DNA from: Hemiscyllium ocellatum
Taxonomy: Eukaryota
Assembly: GCF_020745735.1 (NCBI RefSeq)
Contig: NW_026867451.1
Span: 310,001 to 374,000 of the forward strand
Direction of reading: 5' to 3'
Length of the DNA: 64,000 bases
Shown here: positions 60,250 through 64,000 of the stretch, piece after piece
Layout: every line of letters starts with the position of its first letter
Numbering within the stretch: position 1 is the stretch's first letter
The notes under the pieces: generated by a model
Databases searched by the model: none
Told to the model about the DNA's origin: nothing
The model's input: only the letters and a program-made list of their open reading frames with translations
Made by a program: the position numbers and the translations under genes

Positions 60250-63200
60250 GGGATTTAAATTGCCAGTATTAATGTGCACAGCATAAAATCTGCTGCGCGA
60301 TGTGTTTCAACACTGGCCTTCCTGGCCAACGTCAAAGCCGACATCCTGTTTCTGCAGGAGTGTGGGATACCGCACCTCATCAGTTACAGGAGATGGTCGA
60401 GCTGGTGGGCCCATGGGCCGTCAGTTTGGTTGGGAGGCAACGATAACCACTCCTCAGGCCTGGGTATCCTGTCGCCGGGAGGCAACTTCACCATCTCCGA
60501 GGTTAAGGAGGCGGTGGGCAGGCGCCTCCTCGTCGCGGATGTTAAATACAGAAACGCTCCCGCGAGACTAATCAACGTGTACGCCCCAGTGGGTAAGAGT
60601 GAACGGTTGGCCGTCCTGCAGCAGCTTCCACTGTTGCTGGCTACGTCCAGGCCGGTCATTCTGGCCAGAGACTTCAACTGTATCATTGATGCAGGTGAAA
60701 TATCCGGCGGGGGGGGGGGGGGGGGGCAGGAAACTAGATGCCACGCCCAGAGCCCTGATGGACACGGCCAAAGAATCCAAGCTGCATGACATCTTCAGCA
60801 CCCCTGCAAATGGAGCGCAGCGTAGATACACCTGGTCACGGGCAGACGGGTCTATCCGCTCAAGGATAGATGATCTGTTTGTGTCCCAAACGCTCTCGGT
60901 CAGAACCACCGACGTCAAGCCGGTGTTCTTCTCTGACCACTGCCTCCTGCTGGCCGACTGTCACCTACAGGACGAGCAGCGGGTGGGTAAGGGAACGTGT
61001 AAACTGAGCACTAAGCTGTTGACCCCGGGAAACATCGAGGAGCTCAAGAGGGATTACGCAGGTTGGAGAACCGCGAAGCTCCTCTTTGAGTCCCCAGCGG
61101 ACTGGTGGGAAACGGTAAAAGGGAACATCAAGAGGTTCTTCACCCTCAAAGGTGTTCAGGAGGTGAGGGAGATGTGGGGAAAACTGTCCCAACTCCAGGA
61201 AAGCATGCAGAACCTGCTCCTGCTGCAGACGTTGGGGGTTGATGTCACAGAGGACCTCCAAGGGGTACGGTGGCACAGTGGTTAGCACTGCTGCCTCACA
61301 GCGCCTGAGACCCGGGTTCAATTCCCGACTCAGGCGACTGTGTGGAGTTTGCACGTTCTCCCCGTGTCTGCGTGGGTTTCCTCCGGGTGCTCCAGTTTCC
61401 TCCCACAGTCCAAAGATGTGTGGGTCAGGTGAATTGGCCATGCTAAATTGCCCGTAGTGTTAGGTAAGGGGTAAATGTAGGGGTATGGGTGGGTTACGCT
61501 TCGGTGGTTCGGTGTGGACTTGTTGGGCCGAAGGGCCTGTTTCCACACTGTAAGTAATCTAATCTAATCTAATCAAACCTCGCTCTTTGCCTTGGATGCT
61601 TCCAAGATAATCTTCCGGTCCAGAGTCAGCTCCGTGGAGCAGGATGAGATGTGCTCATGTTTCTTCTTCCAGAAGGTGCACAAAGGGAGCTCCGTGTTCA
61701 GCAGCCTGAAGGAAGAAGATGGCGCGGTAACGTCATCTCAGGCTGACATCATGAAGATCAGCAAATCCTTCTATGCCAGTCTGTATGACTCGAAGCCAAC
61801 CGACAGCGCGGCCTCCCAGTCATTCCTGTCCTCTACCACAGAGGTCCTAGATGATGGAACATGAGAGAGGCTGGACCAGCCGCTATCTCTGGATGAGCTG
61901 ACCAAGGCCCTCGAGTCCTTCGAAAAGAATGAAACTCCAACAAGCGACAGCTTACCAGTCGAGATCTATTCTGGTCTTTGGGACTTGATTGGCCGGGACC
62001 TGCTGGAGGTGTATGTCAGTGTGCTTCAAGCAGGTACCATGAGTGAATCCAAGAGGAAAGGCATCATCACCCTCATCTACAAGCAGAAGGGGGAGGCGGA
62101 AGAAACTAGAAACTGGAGACTGATCTCACTGTTAAACACAGACTACAAAATCTTGTCAAAGGTCATCGCCAACCGGGTCAGGTCTGCTCTGGGATTGGTG
62201 ATCCACCCCGACCAAACCTGTGCTGTACCGGGCAGGAAGATCTCTGAGAGTCTTGCACTCCTCAGGGATACGATCGCCTACATGCAGGACAGGGGGCTGG
62301 ACACCTGCCTCATCAGCCTGGACCAGGAGAAAGCCTTTGACAGGATATCGTATACATATATGAGGGACGTCCTCTCCAAAATGGGCTTTGCGGAGGGAAT
62401 TGGATCAGACTGCTCCACACCAACATTGTCAGTGCAGTCTCGATCAATGGGTGGGAATCAGATAGCTTCCCTGTAAGATCTGGAGTCAGGCAGGGTTGCC
62501 CCCTCTCACCTGCTTTGTTTGTGTGTTGCATAGAGCCATTCGCCGAATCCATCAGGAAGGATGCCTGAGAGGGGTGCCTATTCCTGGCAGCGGAGGCCTA
62601 CAGGTTAAGGCCTCCCTGTACATGGATGACGTCGCCGTTTTCTGCTCGGATCCGCTGTCCGTGCGCAGACTCATGTGCATCTGTGTCCAGTTCGAACGGG
62701 CCTCGGGATCCAAGGTAAACCGAGGCAAGATCGAGGCCTTGCTCTTCGGGAACTGAGCCAACCAATCCTCTATCCCCTTCACTGTCAGGACTGACCACCT
62801 GTAGGTGCTGGGTATTTGGTTTGGGGGGACTGGGATGTGCGTCAAGACTTGGGAGGAGCGGATCAGGAAGATGAGACAGAAACTAGGCAGATGGGAGCAA
62901 CGGTCGCTCGCCATCGTGGGAAAAAAACCTGGTCATCAGGTGTGAGGTACTTTCAGTATTGTTATATGTGGCACAGGTCTGGCCTATCCCCAGAACCTGT
63001 GCTGCCGCAGTCACCCGGGCCATCTTCCAGTTTATATGGAGTTCAAAGATGGACCGGGTCCGAAGGGACTCGCTGTACAAAGATCTGGGCAATGGGGGAA
63101 AAAATGCACCCAATGCCACCCTCATCCTGATGGCCACCTTTGTGTGTGGCTGCATCAAGCTGTGCGTGGATCCCCGGTACACAAACACCAAGTGTCACTA

Positions 63201-63965
63201 CGTACTGAGGTTCTACCTGTCCCCGGTGTTGTGAAGGATGGGCCTGGCCTCGCTGCCGTGGAACGCTCCAAGTAGTTGGACCGTTCCGTACCACCTGTCC
63301 TTCGTGGAGAAGTTTATGAAGAAAAACACCTTTGACCACAAGTCCACCAGGAAGTGGTCAGCACGTAGTGTCCTTGAGACTCTTCGAGAAAAGGAGAGGG
63401 CAGATCCTATTGAGCAGTTCCCTGAGCAGACTGTCAAAGCTATTTGGCAGAATGCCTCATCGCCAGAACTTTCCAACAAGCACCAAGACATGGCTTGGCT
63501 GGTGGTGAGAATGGCTCTGCCTGTGAGATCCTTATTGCACGCCCGGACTCTCTGCCACACCGCACGCTGCCCTCGAAGCGGCTGCGGGGGGACGAGACTG
63601 TCACACACCTCCTTCTGGAATGTGCCTATGCAGAGGAAGTCTGGAGAGGAATGCAGTGGTGTTTGTCAAGGTTCGTCCCAAGCAGCGCCGTGATGTGAGA
63701 CTCCGTGCTCTACGGCCTGTTCCCCGGGACGCACACCGAGACAAACATCAACTGTGCCTGGAGGATCATCAACTCGGTGAAGGGCGCTCTCTGGGCGGTC
63801 CGAAACCTGTTGATCTTCCAGCTGAAGGAGTTGACCCCAACTGAGTGTTGCAGACTGGCACATTCCAAGGTCCAGGACTACGTGTTGAGGGACGCGCTGA
63901 AGCTTGGGGTAGCTGCCGCCAAGGCACGGTGGGGAAAGACCACCGTGTCACATCTGCCTGCCTAA
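60250..63965 (+). pseudogene. Tx1-like ORF2 (endonuclease-reverse transcriptase) remnant
   Basis: Pieces 60274-60789, 60599-61285, 61592-61864, 61985-62476, 62496-62756, 62959-63234 and 63238-63965 are colinear parts of one EN-RT ORF. Confidence 0.88.
61262..61574 (+). mobile_element. Young full-length HE1-like SINE inserted in Tx1 ORF2
   Basis: gggtacggtggcacagtggttagcactg...gggttcaattccc...(aatct)n tail; the LINE reading frame resumes afterwards. Confidence 0.92.
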
Positions 63966-64000
63966 GAAGAACAGGGGGCCCACATAGTCATTTGGGCTCT

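Larger units (their letters stand above)
59005..64000 (+). mobile_element. Tx1-like (L1 clade) non-LTR retrotransposon, 5'-truncated, disrupted by frameshifts, stops and a SINE; 3' UTR runs off the window
   Basis: ORF1 has three CCHC knuckles (CRPCGRSGHMAADC, CRNCKEEGHPTKEC, CNLCGEAGHVYKAC). ORF2 has an APE endonuclease (DILFLQECG, DFNC, SRID..F, SDH), RT (W..ISLLNTDYKILSK, SLDQEKAFDR, VRQGCPLSP, YMDDV) and a C-terminal Zn motif (CPRSGCG..ETVTHLLLEC). Confidence 0.93.

Overview
Cartilaginous-fish (shark) genomic DNA. The repeat families resemble those of carpet/bamboo sharks, which is an inference. The only host gene I can support is the 5' half of an unrearranged, apparently intact IgM-type immunoglobulin heavy-chain cluster on the minus strand: leader exon (13094-13142), one VH (12684-12988), D1 (12255-12268), D2 (11871-11885), one JH (11429-11476), a 10.5 kb J-C intron and CH1 (625-933). 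The RSS pattern is V-23 / 12-D1-22 / 12-D2-12 / 23-J, and the remaining C exons lie beyond the left edge. I saw no second V in the ~50 kb upstream. That region is dominated by CR1-type LINE fragments, HE1-like tRNA-derived SINEs, Penelope-like elements (PLEs), a decayed Tx1-like LINE, minisatellites and a 195-N gap. The most notable unexplained structure is: (i) a ~590-bp-arm inverted repeat 2.3 kb upstream of the VH leader; (ii) minimal dimer-type hammerhead ribozyme motifs in three PLE-related families, including short palindromic insertions with 13-15 bp target-site duplications (TSDs); (iii) a local inversion revealed by a flipped TSD; (iv) a 45-bp array just inside the J-C intron; (v) an extra Cys pair in CH1. 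TE boundaries are approximate and were set by eye.
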